This document shows positions 1-9,572 of a DNA stretch of 64,000 nt, piece after piece. Location of the stretch: positions 128,001 through 192,000 of the forward strand of contig JBGPGO010000001.1 in assembly GCA_041483895.1 (NCBI GenBank), given 5' to 3'. The notes beneath the pieces are model-generated. The model searched no databases and was not told the origin of the DNA. It saw only the letters and a program-made list of their open reading frames with translations. Position 1 is the stretch's first letter. Every line of letters starts with the position of its first letter. Source of the DNA: Fimbriimonadia bacterium. Lineage in GTDB: Bacteria > Armatimonadota > Fimbriimonadia > Fimbriimonadales > JABRVX01. The position numbers and the translations under genes are program-made.

Positions 1-1511
1 ACGCGGCGCGCCAGCCAAACAAGGCTGCCGAGGACCATCGATATGGCGACGCCGGCGGCAGTGAGAATCAAAGCGGGATTTATCTTTGGCAATGCCTGCC
101 GGCTCGCCATTCGATCGAGTTCCCCTTGCACGTGCGCCTGCCCCGCCGCCAATGCCTGCTTTGGCGACATCTTATGGTGAACGGCCTGCTCGTACGCGCG
201 TTGATGCTCATCCCACAGGGTTTGGCCGACGAAAGTGACCGGGCGGTAGCGGGCCGTCGGCATCAGATTGATGCAAGCCCGCATCCCTTCCGCCAGGTCC
301 GGGAGGTCCGGTTTGCATGCCGCGTACACGGCTTCTGTCGACAGGCGATTTGCGCGAAAATTTGGCACAAAAATCCGGCCAAGCGATGCCAGGTAATCAC
401 CCTGAGCCCTCGCTTCTACGAGCGCGGATTCCGGGTTCGTCATCCATTTGATGAACCGCCAGGCGGCATCGCCATGGTGAGAACCGACGGGAATCGCCCA
501 AGAGAATCCGCCCATCCATGTCACGTAGGTCTGCTTTTCATCGGCGAAGATTCCGCGGTGGTAATATCTATCGTCCGGAACCGGCGGCGGGGCGACTCCA
601 AACTCCAGATTCGGCGCATACTGTGCGATATTCAGGAGCTTCCAATTCCCATCGACGGTCATCGCCAACTTTCCCGTGTAGAACGGATCGAGCTGATCGC
701 CCTGAAAGCCGGAAGCAAACGAATCGGCCTGCTCCACGCCGCCGACCGCATCATACATGTCCACCATATATTGCAGCGCGACTTGTGTGCGCGGGTTGTC
801 GAGCGTGCAGGTTTTGCTGTCGGGCGACATGAATTCGCCATTCATCTCCCAAGAGTAGAGATAGAGCCAGGAGTTGCCGAAGTTGGGTAGAAATCCGACG
901 GTCTTCAGCCCTCCGCCCGGCGCCCGTTGCGTAAGCGCAAGGCTGTATTTTTTCAGTTCGGACCAGGTTCGGGGAGCCCGATTCGGATCGAGGCCCATCG
1001 CCTGCAAACGCGGCGCGGCATCGCGGAACATTTTCTTGTTCCAAAAGAGAGCGCGGCAATCGGCGCCGGCGGGGATTGCGTATACTTTGCCCCGATACTC
1101 CGCCTCCTTCCAGGTCGCCGGATAATACTCTTCGGGGCGCGGACACATTTTTTCGTGGCGATCCCGTGCTATCAGATTGTCGAACGGAAGAAACGTGCCG
1201 CGGCTAGCCCAATCGCCAATGGTGAAGCGATCCTGATAAATCAGATCCGGCGGGGATTTTCCGACGATGGCGGTCATGAGCTTCTGCGGATTCATCCCGC
1301 CCGCCCCCATCGAAAGGATCGTGACCCGGATGTCCGGATTGCGATGTTCGAACTCTTTGATCTGGGCGGCAAAACCCTTATCGTCAGCTCCAAGGACCAA
1401 TCCCCAAACCTTTAGATTGGTCCTCTTGTCGTGCGTCGTTTGGGGATCTAACGCGCGGGAAGTGAACCAGAACAGAAATACGGCTAAAATCGCGCCCAAG
1501 ATCCACTTCAT
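1..1511 (-). CDS. Carbohydrate ABC transporter extracellular solute-binding protein, probably fused to a permease; 3' end runs off the window
   Basis: Not in the ORF track; my own translation from ATG 1511 gives MKWILGAILAVFLFWF...LKVWGL...IKEFEHRNPDIRV...GKVYAIP...LFWNKKMF...PRTWSEL...FYTGKLAMTVDGNW, then a hydrophobic segment at the window edge with no stop codon. Confidence 0.8.
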   Translation of the reverse strand, partial: MKWILGAILAVFLFWFTSRALDPQTTHDKRTNLKVWGLVLGADDKGFAAQIKEFEHRNPDIRVTILSMGAGGMNPQKLMTAIVGKSPPDLIYQDRFTIGDWASRGTFLPFDNLIARDRHEKMCPRPEEYYPATWKEAEYRGKVYAIPAGADCRALFWNKKMFRDAAPRLQAMGLDPNRAPRTWSELKKYSLALTQRAPGGGLKTVGFLPNFGNSWLYLYSWEMNGEFMSPDSKTCTLDNPRTQVALQYMVDMYDAVGGVEQADSFASGFQGDQLDPFYTGKLAMTVDGNWKLLNIAQYAPNLEFGVAPPPVPDDRYYHRGIFADEKQTYVTWMGGFSWAIPVGSHHGDAAWRFIKWMTNPESALVEARAQGDYLASLGRIFVPNFRANRLSTEAVYAACKPDLPDLAEGMRACINLMPTARYRPVTFVGQTLWDEHQRAYEQAVHHKMSPKQALAAGQAHVQGELDRMASRQALPKINPALILTAAGVAISMVLGSLVWLARR

Positions 1512-1531
1512 CCTAGCACCGATTGTAGCCT

Positions 1532-1567
1532 AAACAAAGGGAAAGGACCCGCCAATTTGGCGGGTCC
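1532..1567 (-). terminator. Intrinsic terminator after the beta-barrel gene
   Basis: Perfect inverted repeat GGACCCGCCAA-T-TTGGCGGGTCC (1545-1567) followed on the minus strand by TTTCCCTTTGTTT. Confidence 0.7.
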
Positions 1568-1589
1568 CACATATCATCCTCAGACGAAT

Positions 1590-2117
1590 TTAGAAATTCA
1601 GGCCGGCTACAAGAAAAAATCCGTTCAGGTTGGTATCGACGCTCTCGCCGGCAGCGCCCATGAATCCGCCTTCTACGAAGAACGGGGTCTTGCCGGTGTT
1701 GAAGTCGAGTCCGATTGCAAGTCGGTAACCAAACACGGTTTTGTCTTCTACGGGGAGCGACGCAAACGTAACGCCCGCGCCCGCGCTGTAGTGGAACTGG
1801 TTGGCGTGGCCAACATAGTTGACCAGAACCGGAACGGCCGTGAAGTCATCCTGGCCATAGTAATCGGCACTGATCGACCAGTGTGCTCGATATCCGGTGG
1901 TGTAGTTCGGAACTCCGATGTCACCGAGTTTGTACTCAAGCCCGGCGGTGAACCATGCATCCGCCGTCGCATCACGAACGGTCTGCTCGCTCGGGAAGAA
2001 AACTCCCGCGCGGACCGTGAGCCCCGTCGGCTCGGTACCCTGCGTCTTTGCCTCAGTTGCGAACGCAGAGCCCGTTACCAGGGCTGCAACCGCCAAAAGC
2101 GAAGTCCATTTTCGCAT
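1590..2117 (-). CDS. Small outer-membrane beta-barrel protein
   Basis: Signal peptide ending SAFA, alternating beta-strand pattern, C-terminal ...VAGLNF, and AAGGAGG RBS upstream. Confidence 0.75.
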   Translation of the reverse strand: MRKWTSLLAVAALVTGSAFATEAKTQGTEPTGLTVRAGVFFPSEQTVRDATADAWFTAGLEYKLGDIGVPNYTTGYRAHWSISADYYGQDDFTAVPVLVNYVGHANQFHYSAGAGVTFASLPVEDKTVFGYRLAIGLDFNTGKTPFFVEGGFMGAAGESVDTNLNGFFLVAGLNF

Positions 2118-2195
2118 TGTCAAACCCTCCTTAGATCAAAGGTTGCACGGTCATTCTACCTAGGAATGCACATTGACCGCTATTGCATACGTCAA

Positions 2196-2447
2196 TCAGG
2201 GCTTTTTGTTCAATTCGATAGGATCGCTAGCAATCGATATTACTTTTTGATAACAGGTTCTGCCCCCTTGACAGGCCTCAAGACAGACCTCCTGCTCGTC
2301 CGGCCCGAAATCGGTCATCGTTTGCAGGCACCAGTATTTTTGCGGGGGCGAGAAGTGGTCCGGCGCAAAATCTGGGTTCGGAAGCTCGGCATACTGCTCC
2401 TTCTTGCTTCGGAGCAATGCGCATTTGGTAATTTCGAGATTCGGCAC
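2196..2447 (-). CDS. Small cysteine-rich hypothetical protein, last gene of the molybdoenzyme operon
   Basis: GTG starts 2 nt after the FAD-subunit stop; five Cys (C..LRSK, YWC..T...GPD....C...C.....CY). Confidence 0.6.
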   Translation of the reverse strand: MPNLEITKCALLRSKKEQYAELPNPDFAPDHFSPPQKYWCLQTMTDFGPDEQEVCLEACQGGRTCYQKVISIASDPIELNKKP

Positions 2448-2449
2448 TG

Positions 2450-3427
2450 CTACTTCGCCTCCATTCCCGCCGCAGTGAGGGCGGCAATACCCACGGCTGA
2501 GGCGGCCAGCTTCTCCTTATACGCGTTCCCGGACATCGGCGTGGCATTGGCGACGGCGGCGACACCCGCTTGCAGTGCTTGCTCGGTCGAAAGATTCTTC
2601 CCTTCCAGCATCTTTTCGGCTTCCTGGCTTCGCCACGGAATTGGCGCTACCCCGCCGAGCACAACCCGGGCCTTCGTAACCAAGGTCCCCTTCATTTCCA
2701 TTGCCACCGCGGCGCTGGCCAAGGCCCAATCAAACGATTCCCTCTCTTTTATCTTGTAATAGCTGCTCTTCCAACCGGCCATAGCCTTGGGCAGGGTGAC
2801 GGCCGTTACGATTTCACCGTCTTTGAGCACGTTCTCCGAATAGACGTTGTCACGCGGAAGTTGAAAGAATTCGCCGAGCGGCATCTTGCGAGTCTTGCCG
2901 TTCGAGAAGATTTCCACCTGGGCATCCAATGCGATGAGCGCGGGGGCGAGGTCGGACGGATGCACGATATGGCACGGGCCGCCGCCGAGGATGGCATGGT
3001 ATTCGTTTTCGCCTTCCACGGCATAGCAGCGATCGCCGCCCTTTTTCAGGCAGTGGACTTCCGCGTCACGATAATACCAACAGCGGGGCCTTTGACAGAG
3101 ATTGCCGCCGACAGTCCCGACGTTTCTAATCTGTGGTGAACCGACCGATTCCGCGGCTTCCGCGATCGCCGGGTACTTGGAACGAACCTCTTTATTGGCG
3201 GCGAGGTCGGCGAGCGTCACAAGCGCGCCGATCTTGAAGTCTCCGCTCCCACCGATATCCTTCAGTCCGGAAACGCTTTTCAGATTGACGATTCGCTGCG
3301 GCTGGATCAGTCCTTCCTTGAGCTCGGTAAGCAGATCGATGCCGCCGGCCAGGAGTTTTCCCGAGGGACCGATGGCCTTGGAAGCATCCGCCAGATCTTT
3401 CGGTGATACGTAGGTGAAAGAGTTCAT
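2450..3427 (-). CDS. Xanthine dehydrogenase family FAD-binding subunit (PaoB/YagS-like, with 4Fe-4S insertion)
   Basis: LAGGIDL, SPQIRNVGTVGGNLCQRPRCWYYR...C.KKGG..C, CHIVHPSDLAPALIALDA. Confidence 0.92.
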   Translation of the reverse strand: MNSFTYVSPKDLADASKAIGPSGKLLAGGIDLLTELKEGLIQPQRIVNLKSVSGLKDIGGSGDFKIGALVTLADLAANKEVRSKYPAIAEAAESVGSPQIRNVGTVGGNLCQRPRCWYYRDAEVHCLKKGGDRCYAVEGENEYHAILGGGPCHIVHPSDLAPALIALDAQVEIFSNGKTRKMPLGEFFQLPRDNVYSENVLKDGEIVTAVTLPKAMAGWKSSYYKIKERESFDWALASAAVAMEMKGTLVTKARVVLGGVAPIPWRSQEAEKMLEGKNLSTEQALQAGVAAVANATPMSGNAYKEKLAASAVGIAALTAAGMEAK

Positions 3428-5502
3428 GCCATCGCCTCCATCATCCGCTTCGGCACAATAGGCAGGTGCCTAATTCGCAGGCCGCTCGCGTTGTAGACCG
3501 CGTTCGCCACCGCGCCCGCAGTGGGAATCACGGCCGGTTCTCCAATGCCCGCCACCTTGTCATGAGTGTCGTAGATGACCGGGATGATCTCCGGCATCTC
3601 CATCGGACCGGGGAGTTTGTAGTTCTCCATGTCGGGATTTAGACAACGGCCGGTATGCTCATCCATCTTTCGGCCTTCGAACAGCGCCATCGCGATGCCC
3701 TGGATGACGCCTCCGATGAGCTGGCTTTCCGCCGCAAGCCGGTTGATCGCGTAGCCACAGTCCTGGACGGCGACCACCTTGATCGGCTGGACATGGCCGG
3801 TCCACATGTCGACCTCAACCTCCGCAAACTGCACTCCGGCCACTCCGCCCTGCTGCAGCGAACCGTCGAATTGCCCGTTCGCCACGATCGGTTGGGCGCC
3901 AAGCCGCGCGCAGAGCTCGGTGAACTTCACGCTCTTCGACGGATCGGCCGCGACGAACACCTTGTTGTCCCGCGCGTCGAGCGAATCAGGGGTTGTCGAG
4001 AGCATCTCGGCGGCCTTGGCAAATAGCTGCGCCCGCGCCGCCTGGGCCGCGGTCTTGACAGCCGGCGCAAGCGACGCGGTAGTGGTTGAGCCGCCGCTTC
4101 CTCCCGAATATCCCAGCGCCGAATCCCCAATCATCGCCTTGACGCGATCGATATCGATCCCAAGGTCTTCGGCGACTATGGAAGCGACATAGGTCCGGGT
4201 TCCCGTTCCGAGGTCCTGGGTGCCGACCTTTGACAACACCGTGCCATCGGAGTTGACCACGACCTGGACCTGCGATCCGGGACCGCCGCCGCCACCCCAT
4301 TTGCCCGTCGCGACTCCCATGCCGCGCACGAATCGAGCTTTGCTCTTTCCAGGGCTCATATTGCGCTTGTCCCAGCCGATCATCTGGGCGCCCATGCGGA
4401 ACTGCGCCTCGCGAAGCTGGCTCGACTGGTTCTTCAGGCGAAACTCGACGGGGTCCATGTTGAGCTTGTATGCCAACTCATCGATCATCATCTCGGTCAG
4501 CGCGCAGGCCTGTGGATGCATTGGGGCGCGAAGCGCGGCCTGGGAACCGCAATTCACGCGAACGCCCGTCATCGAAACGTCCCGTTTTTCGGCATGATAG
4601 ATGTAGGGATATTCGAGGCCCCAGCGCGAGGAGTTGCCGCCGGTTCCAAACAGGTTGGCTTTCACCACCGTCAGCTTCCCGTCGGCGGAGGCCCCGGCCT
4701 TCACTTCGGCGAAGCCGTCCGGGCCGTTGCCGGTGGCAAGCTGCTCGCCGGCCCGATCGCACATCAGCTTGACCGGCGCGCCGGCCTTCTTTGCAAGCGT
4801 CGCGCAGACAGAACCCTCAACACCGGGTCCAAACTTGCTGCCAAAACCACCGCCCATGTATTCACAAATCACATGTGACTTGTCTTGGGCGATCCCCTGA
4901 TTGGCGGCCATTCCCTCTTTCACGCCATGCACCGCCTGGGTCGAACACCACGTCGTTAACGCATCGCCATCCCATTTGCAAACAGAACCGTGCGATTCTA
5001 GGCTCGTGTGCAGGCGGATCGGAACGCTGTATGTGGCTTCGATGGTGGCGGCGGCGCTTTTCAGGGCGTCCGCCACTTCGCCTTCGGGGATCATGCTCGG
5101 CTGGGCGTCTTTCCTGTCGGCGATTTTGGCCGCCATCTCCGTTCGGACCGAGTGCGGCTGCTTTTCGTATTCGACCACAATCGCGCGCACGGCGTCTTTC
5201 GCCAGCTCTTCTGTGACCGCCGCAACGGCTGCGATCTCCTGTCCATGGTACCGAAGCGTCGAATTGACGCCGGCGATCGTCACGACCGCCTTCACGCCGG
5301 GCATCTTCTCGGCCGCGGACGTGTCCAACTTCGTGATTTTGGCGGAGGCGTGCGGGGAACGGAGCATAACCCCATAGAGCATGCCCGGCAGCACAATATC
5401 GAAGGTGTACTTCGCCCTGCCCGTTGCCTTGGCGGGGCCATCGACACGAGTTACCTTTTGGCCCACATATTTGGAGGTCTTGCGGTCATTCCAACCAGCC
5501 AT
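3424..5502 (-). CDS. Xanthine dehydrogenase family molybdopterin-binding subunit (PaoC/YagR-like)
   Basis: RVDGPAKATG, MGGGFGSK, ALRAP, QDLGTG, GGSGGS, QLIGGVIQG, GIGEP (catalytic Glu). Confidence 0.92.
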   Translation of the reverse strand: MAGWNDRKTSKYVGQKVTRVDGPAKATGRAKYTFDIVLPGMLYGVMLRSPHASAKITKLDTSAAEKMPGVKAVVTIAGVNSTLRYHGQEIAAVAAVTEELAKDAVRAIVVEYEKQPHSVRTEMAAKIADRKDAQPSMIPEGEVADALKSAAATIEATYSVPIRLHTSLESHGSVCKWDGDALTTWCSTQAVHGVKEGMAANQGIAQDKSHVICEYMGGGFGSKFGPGVEGSVCATLAKKAGAPVKLMCDRAGEQLATGNGPDGFAEVKAGASADGKLTVVKANLFGTGGNSSRWGLEYPYIYHAEKRDVSMTGVRVNCGSQAALRAPMHPQACALTEMMIDELAYKLNMDPVEFRLKNQSSQLREAQFRMGAQMIGWDKRNMSPGKSKARFVRGMGVATGKWGGGGGPGSQVQVVVNSDGTVLSKVGTQDLGTGTRTYVASIVAEDLGIDIDRVKAMIGDSALGYSGGSGGSTTTASLAPAVKTAAQAARAQLFAKAAEMLSTTPDSLDARDNKVFVAADPSKSVKFTELCARLGAQPIVANGQFDGSLQQGGVAGVQFAEVEVDMWTGHVQPIKVVAVQDCGYAINRLAAESQLIGGVIQGIAMALFEGRKMDEHTGRCLNPDMENYKLPGPMEMPEIIPVIYDTHDKVAGIGEPAVIPTAGAVANAVYNASGLRIRHLPIVPKRMMEAMA

Positions 5503-6147
5503 TTAGAAAGCCCCCTTTCGCGCCTTGGCGGCAGCCAGTGCGGCTTCGAAAATCCTTGTGTAGGTTCCGCAGCGGCAGATGTTTCCGCAGCAGGCCTGCT
5601 TCACATCGTCCAGCGTCGGGTTCGGATTGGTTTTGAGCAGATGGTTGACGGACATAACGAAACCGGGAGTGCAGAATCCGCACTGCAGGGCGTCATGGTC
5701 AACGAACGCCTGCTGCAGCGGGGTCATCTTCCCTTCCGGCGCGAGGCTTTCGATGGTCTCTATGTCGTGACCCTGACTATCAACTGCCAGTTTGAGGCAG
5801 GCGTAGATCGGCTTGCCGTCCATATAGACCGTGCAGCCGCCGCAGTTGCCCATGTCGCAGATCTTTTTGGCGCCGGTCAGTTGCAGGCGCTCGCGCAGGG
5901 CATCGAGCAGGGTGACCCTCGGCTCCAGGTTCAACTGGTGGGTCTTCCCGTTGACCTTGAGGCTTACCGGTACCGCGCCGGGGATGGCGTCAAGATCGGT
6001 TTTCGGCCCCTGCTTCGGTTCATCGGTCTTGGGCCGGAACGCGACCGCGCCGACAACCGTTGCGGTTGCCGCCGCCGCGCCAACCCCACGCAGGAACTGC
6101 CTCCGGCTCAGGCCCTTCTTCGTTTCCTCTCTTATTTCATCCGCCAT
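5503..6147 (-). CDS. 2Fe-2S subunit with Tat signal (PaoA/YagT-like)
   Basis: SRRQFL twin-arginine motif; CDMGNCGGC...C, QCGFC and CRC motifs; GGAGG RBS. Confidence 0.92.
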   Translation of the reverse strand: MADEIREETKKGLSRRQFLRGVGAAAATATVVGAVAFRPKTDEPKQGPKTDLDAIPGAVPVSLKVNGKTHQLNLEPRVTLLDALRERLQLTGAKKICDMGNCGGCTVYMDGKPIYACLKLAVDSQGHDIETIESLAPEGKMTPLQQAFVDHDALQCGFCTPGFVMSVNHLLKTNPNPTLDDVKQACCGNICRCGTYTRIFEAALAAAKARKGAF

Positions 6148-6168
6148 CGAACACCTCCGCCGTCTTCC

Positions 6169-6299
6169 CCCTTCACAGTGCGACTGTGAAGGGATTTCCG
6201 TCAGCTACCCTACTCCCTTCACAGTGCGACTGTGAAGCGATACGATTATCCCCAGGGGATTTCCTCAGATTCCTATGTCTTCATAGTCGCACTGTGAAG
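6169..6299. repeat. Cluster of three palindromes, CCCTTCACAGT-N3-ACTGTGAAGGG family
   Basis: Copies at 6169-6193, 6215-6239 and 6279-6299 (third inverted, one mismatch). Confidence 0.85.
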
Positions 6300-6503
6300 G
6301 CCAACGTCCGAATCGCAATACGATTATAAAGCAATTCCCGCTCCCAGGCAACATTCCCTGCCCCCTTTCAACACGATAGACTCCCGAAAATCGAAATTTT
6401 GTGACAAAGCTGCCCGAAAAAAATGCTCACCGGCTGAAAGTGGCGTCGCAAGCGCGCAGTCTGCCATGATAGCGGTGGGAGAGAAGCCCAAGGAGTACCA
6501 CGC

Positions 6504-7472
6504 ATGACAAGGCTGTTATCCATTCTCGTTTTCATGGTTGCCGGTTCGCAGGTCTGCCTCGCCCAGGTTGGGGGTGGCTCCGTCTATGGCCAGGGCCAAG
6601 GGGGCAATGCGCAGGCGAACGAACGCGCCAAGCGCACGGTGGCGAAAGAAGAGATGCCGCCGACCGCCACGAGCATGTTCCTGGACGCCAGCGTCATGAT
6701 AAACGTCAAGGCGGACGAATACGTCGCGGTCTTCGGCATCAGCCTGGAGGGTACTACACTGGACGAGTGCAATCAGAAGATGCAGTTGACCATCGCCCAG
6801 TTCTCGGATGATTTGCGCCATCTGGGAGCGCGGGCCGACGACATTTATGTTGATTACGTTGCGCAAAACCGGATTTATGGCTATGAGATTGTCGGTGATA
6901 TCGCCAAGGAGAAGGTGACCGGATTTGAGCTGAAGAAGACCGTTTCGGTCCACTACCGGGACAAAACTTCATTGGACAAATTCGTCGCCGCGGCATCGCG
7001 GGCCCAGATCTTCGATCTGATCAAAGTGGACTATATCGTGATAAACATTGACGCAATCCACACGAAGCTGATGGAGGATGCCGCCCGCGTGATCAAGCTG
7101 AAAGCCGCCAACCATGCTCGCCTCTTGGGAATCAAGGTTGTGCAGCCACAGGTGTACGCCGAAAAATACAGCACCTACTTTCCGACGGAGATGTACGACT
7201 CGTATACGGCATACGAATCCGAGGACATGATGAGCAATTACTACCGGCAGAAGTACACCGTCCAGAGCGCGCGAAAGAACCGGACGTTCTACTTCAACGC
7301 CCTCAGCGCCAAGAGCTTCGATCATGTGGTGAATCCTGTGGTGATTGAGCCGGTGGTGCAGTTCACGCTCTATCTTAAGGTTAAGTACGAGACGGGACAA
7401 GTCAAACCGAGCAAGCCGCTGAAGACCTCAAACCGCGTACCAGGGCCTGCGGGCAGGACCTCCCAGAAGTGA
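6504..7472 (+). CDS. SIMPL (DUF541) domain secreted protein
   Basis: Signal peptide; ...VMINVKADEYVAVFGI...GFELKKTVSV pattern; AAGGAG RBS. Confidence 0.7.
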   Translation: MTRLLSILVFMVAGSQVCLAQVGGGSVYGQGQGGNAQANERAKRTVAKEEMPPTATSMFLDASVMINVKADEYVAVFGISLEGTTLDECNQKMQLTIAQFSDDLRHLGARADDIYVDYVAQNRIYGYEIVGDIAKEKVTGFELKKTVSVHYRDKTSLDKFVAAASRAQIFDLIKVDYIVINIDAIHTKLMEDAARVIKLKAANHARLLGIKVVQPQVYAEKYSTYFPTEMYDSYTAYESEDMMSNYYRQKYTVQSARKNRTFYFNALSAKSFDHVVNPVVIEPVVQFTLYLKVKYETGQVKPSKPLKTSNRVPGPAGRTSQK

Positions 7473-7520
7473 CATGCTTGATCAGGGATCTAGATTCCAC
7501 GCAATGGGTCGGGTGATTTC

Positions 7521-7688
7521 GTAGGCGCGGGACAGCATTAAGACGACGCATCGAATCGCCGATCCGGAGTCCCGCGTGGGAGGGCCGGAACTTCTGATAC
7601 CCGATCATTATGCTACTTACGGGGTGGTCAAACGCGGGCTTTTGGAATTGGCGGTTGGAGGGGTATTGGCAAGCTGGCCCGCGCCTAC
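7521..7688. repeat. REPIN/MITE-like element bounded by GTAG-type inverted repeats
   Basis: GTAGGCGCGGGACAGC (7521-7536) versus the reverse complement of 7673-7688, GTAGGCGCGGGCCAGC (15/16 identical), between convergent genes. Confidence 0.55.
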
Positions 7689-7735
7689 CTAATTCACATT
7701 AAATTCGTTGACTCTTGGTTTGTGATTGTTCAGGT

Positions 7736-9085
7736 TCATTTCAGAAACACCGCTCTGTTTTCCAGAACGACTCTGACCAGTACGGCGGCATATTCGCAGT
7801 ATTTCTCGCTCCCGTCGGCCTGGATCTTTCCGTTTGGCAGCGGGTGATACCGCTCTCGCCAATAGCCGTCCTTGGCAGCCTTAGACACCAGTCGCGCCGC
7901 TTCTATCAACCGGTCGCGCGCGCCCATGCGCTTGCAGGCCAACGCTTCGACATACCAACTCCGGCCCATCGAAGCAACGTCGTTCGTCACGGAGTTGGCC
8001 GCAAACGGCACTTCCTCGTGCTCCCATGATTCGTAGGTGAACGGTTTGGTGACGGTGAGAGTAGGCATCCCTCCGGGCCAAAACGCCTTTTCACCAATGA
8101 GCTTCGGCCACAAAACCTTTGTCTGTTGTTTGGTGGCGAGGCCAAACGCGATTGCGGCCCAATTCGTATCCGACAGGCCGTGACTATCGACCACTCCCCG
8201 ATTGATGTGCACGTATTCGGCGAAGTGATCGCCTTTCCAAAAGGTGGCGAGAAAGCTCTTAGTCAGCTTGTCGGCATGGCTCTTCCAAACCTTTGCCTCC
8301 GCGTTTCGCTTGGCAGCCTTTTCCAGAGCTTCGAGGTCTTGAAAAGCCTGCACCGCGTAGCATTGCGTCACGCCGTCCCAACCGTTCCGCGGAGGACGCT
8401 CGGTGTAAAATCCGGACCCGCTCATCAATCCGTTCGGAGATATCTGAGAAACAAGGTAGTTGCCGGCCGCTTCCACCGATGGCAGGTGCTCTTTCAGCCA
8501 AGCACCGTCTTTCGTGGCTAGATAGATCTCCGATGCCGTCAAGACATAACAGATTGGTCCCAATGTGGCAAGCGGATTCGACTCAATTTCCCAGTGCCGA
8601 AACAGTCCCACCCACTTGCGAGCCTCGCCGCTCGATTCCGGGAGTCCGTCCCGGTGCGGAGGGGTGTAAGTGAATACATCTTCCGGCGTCTTCAGGCCTC
8701 GCAAATAGGTATCTCCCCGCTCAGTATTGCCGGGGAATATGGCGAACGGAATGTTTCCATCCTTCCGCTGAGAGGCACGGACAAAATCAAAATAGTCCTT
8801 GACGAGCTGGGCCCGGCCGAGAAGGAGATATGCTCCCGCCATCTGCCAAGAGTCAAGACCGGGCCACGTGGTGTCGCTGCCATATCCGCCTCCATCGGCG
8901 TTGATATAGAAATGGCCAGGGTACACGGACTCTGAGATCGACGGGATCAGATTCTTCTCGATGGCAGCAGTGACACCGGCGCGAATATCCGGATCGGATA
9001 TCTTCGATATCCATGCTTCGTTCGGTCCGTGGAGTCCCACAGCAAATCCAATGATGGTCAAAAAAATCTCGGTTCCCTCCTCCAA
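7736..9085 (-). CDS. Putative (alpha/alpha)6-barrel glycoside hydrolase-like protein; true start possibly the TTG near 9061
   Basis: Long ORF with TWPGLDSW, QRKDGNIP, YLATKDGAWL and WRERY helical-barrel hallmarks. Confidence 0.55.
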   Translation of the reverse strand: MEEGTEIFLTIIGFAVGLHGPNEAWISKISDPDIRAGVTAAIEKNLIPSISESVYPGHFYINADGGGYGSDTTWPGLDSWQMAGAYLLLGRAQLVKDYFDFVRASQRKDGNIPFAIFPGNTERGDTYLRGLKTPEDVFTYTPPHRDGLPESSGEARKWVGLFRHWEIESNPLATLGPICYVLTASEIYLATKDGAWLKEHLPSVEAAGNYLVSQISPNGLMSGSGFYTERPPRNGWDGVTQCYAVQAFQDLEALEKAAKRNAEAKVWKSHADKLTKSFLATFWKGDHFAEYVHINRGVVDSHGLSDTNWAAIAFGLATKQQTKVLWPKLIGEKAFWPGGMPTLTVTKPFTYESWEHEEVPFAANSVTNDVASMGRSWYVEALACKRMGARDRLIEAARLVSKAAKDGYWRERYHPLPNGKIQADGSEKYCEYAAVLVRVVLENRAVFLK

Positions 9086-9098
9086 TCAGTTTCGACTA

Positions 9099-9572
9099 TC
9101 AGTGCGGCAGCACCTTGCTCAGACCACCTTTTCCGCTCAACGAGATGTAGTGATATTTTCCAAAGTGCCTCGGCTGGTCGTCCGCGAAAAGCCACGGCAC
9201 GCGTTCTGCTTCTCGAATCGGACTCCCGCACACCACAGGATTGATCATGTACCCCGCGCCCGGCTTGTCCTCCGCCAATGGGCAATGCGGCACATCCCAA
9301 CCCGCTAAGCTATGAGCTATCCAACGCCAACCCGGGCCACCGGGCCCAAATTCGGAAGCCGGAGGAACAATCTCGTTCGGATGCTCCTGCTCGATCGCCC
9401 ATGCTTCCATCTGCAAATGCCAGAGATTCCTTGTACAGGTCGAAACGATCCACCTCTCATGTTCCGGCCCCGCCACGTAGTACCACTCGTACAGCGCAAC
9501 GCCACCGGCGAATGCGCCAACAATGACAAACCGTCCGATCAGGTGTCGAACTTGCACTTTTGAGCGCTCCAA
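9099..9572 (-). CDS. Membrane-anchored protein resembling a degenerate DUF1559/H-X9-DG family member
   Basis: One TM helix, C..NL..L, CP....GY..N and RH.G..H....G motifs; start uncertain. Confidence 0.45.
   Translation of the reverse strand: MERSKVQVRHLIGRFVIVGAFAGGVALYEWYYVAGPEHERWIVSTCTRNLWHLQMEAWAIEQEHPNEIVPPASEFGPGGPGWRWIAHSLAGWDVPHCPLAEDKPGAGYMINPVVCGSPIREAERVPWLFADDQPRHFGKYHYISLSGKGGLSKVLPH

Noticed and set aside
126..6189. Long plus-strand ORFs (126-890, 927-1415, 1557-2759, 5008-6189)
   Set aside because: Antisense shadows of well-supported minus-strand genes, which is common in GC-rich DNA.
6169..6299. CRISPR mini-array (also 23962-24091)
   Set aside because: Only three copies, irregular spacers, one copy inverted, fully palindromic units and no cas genes in the window.
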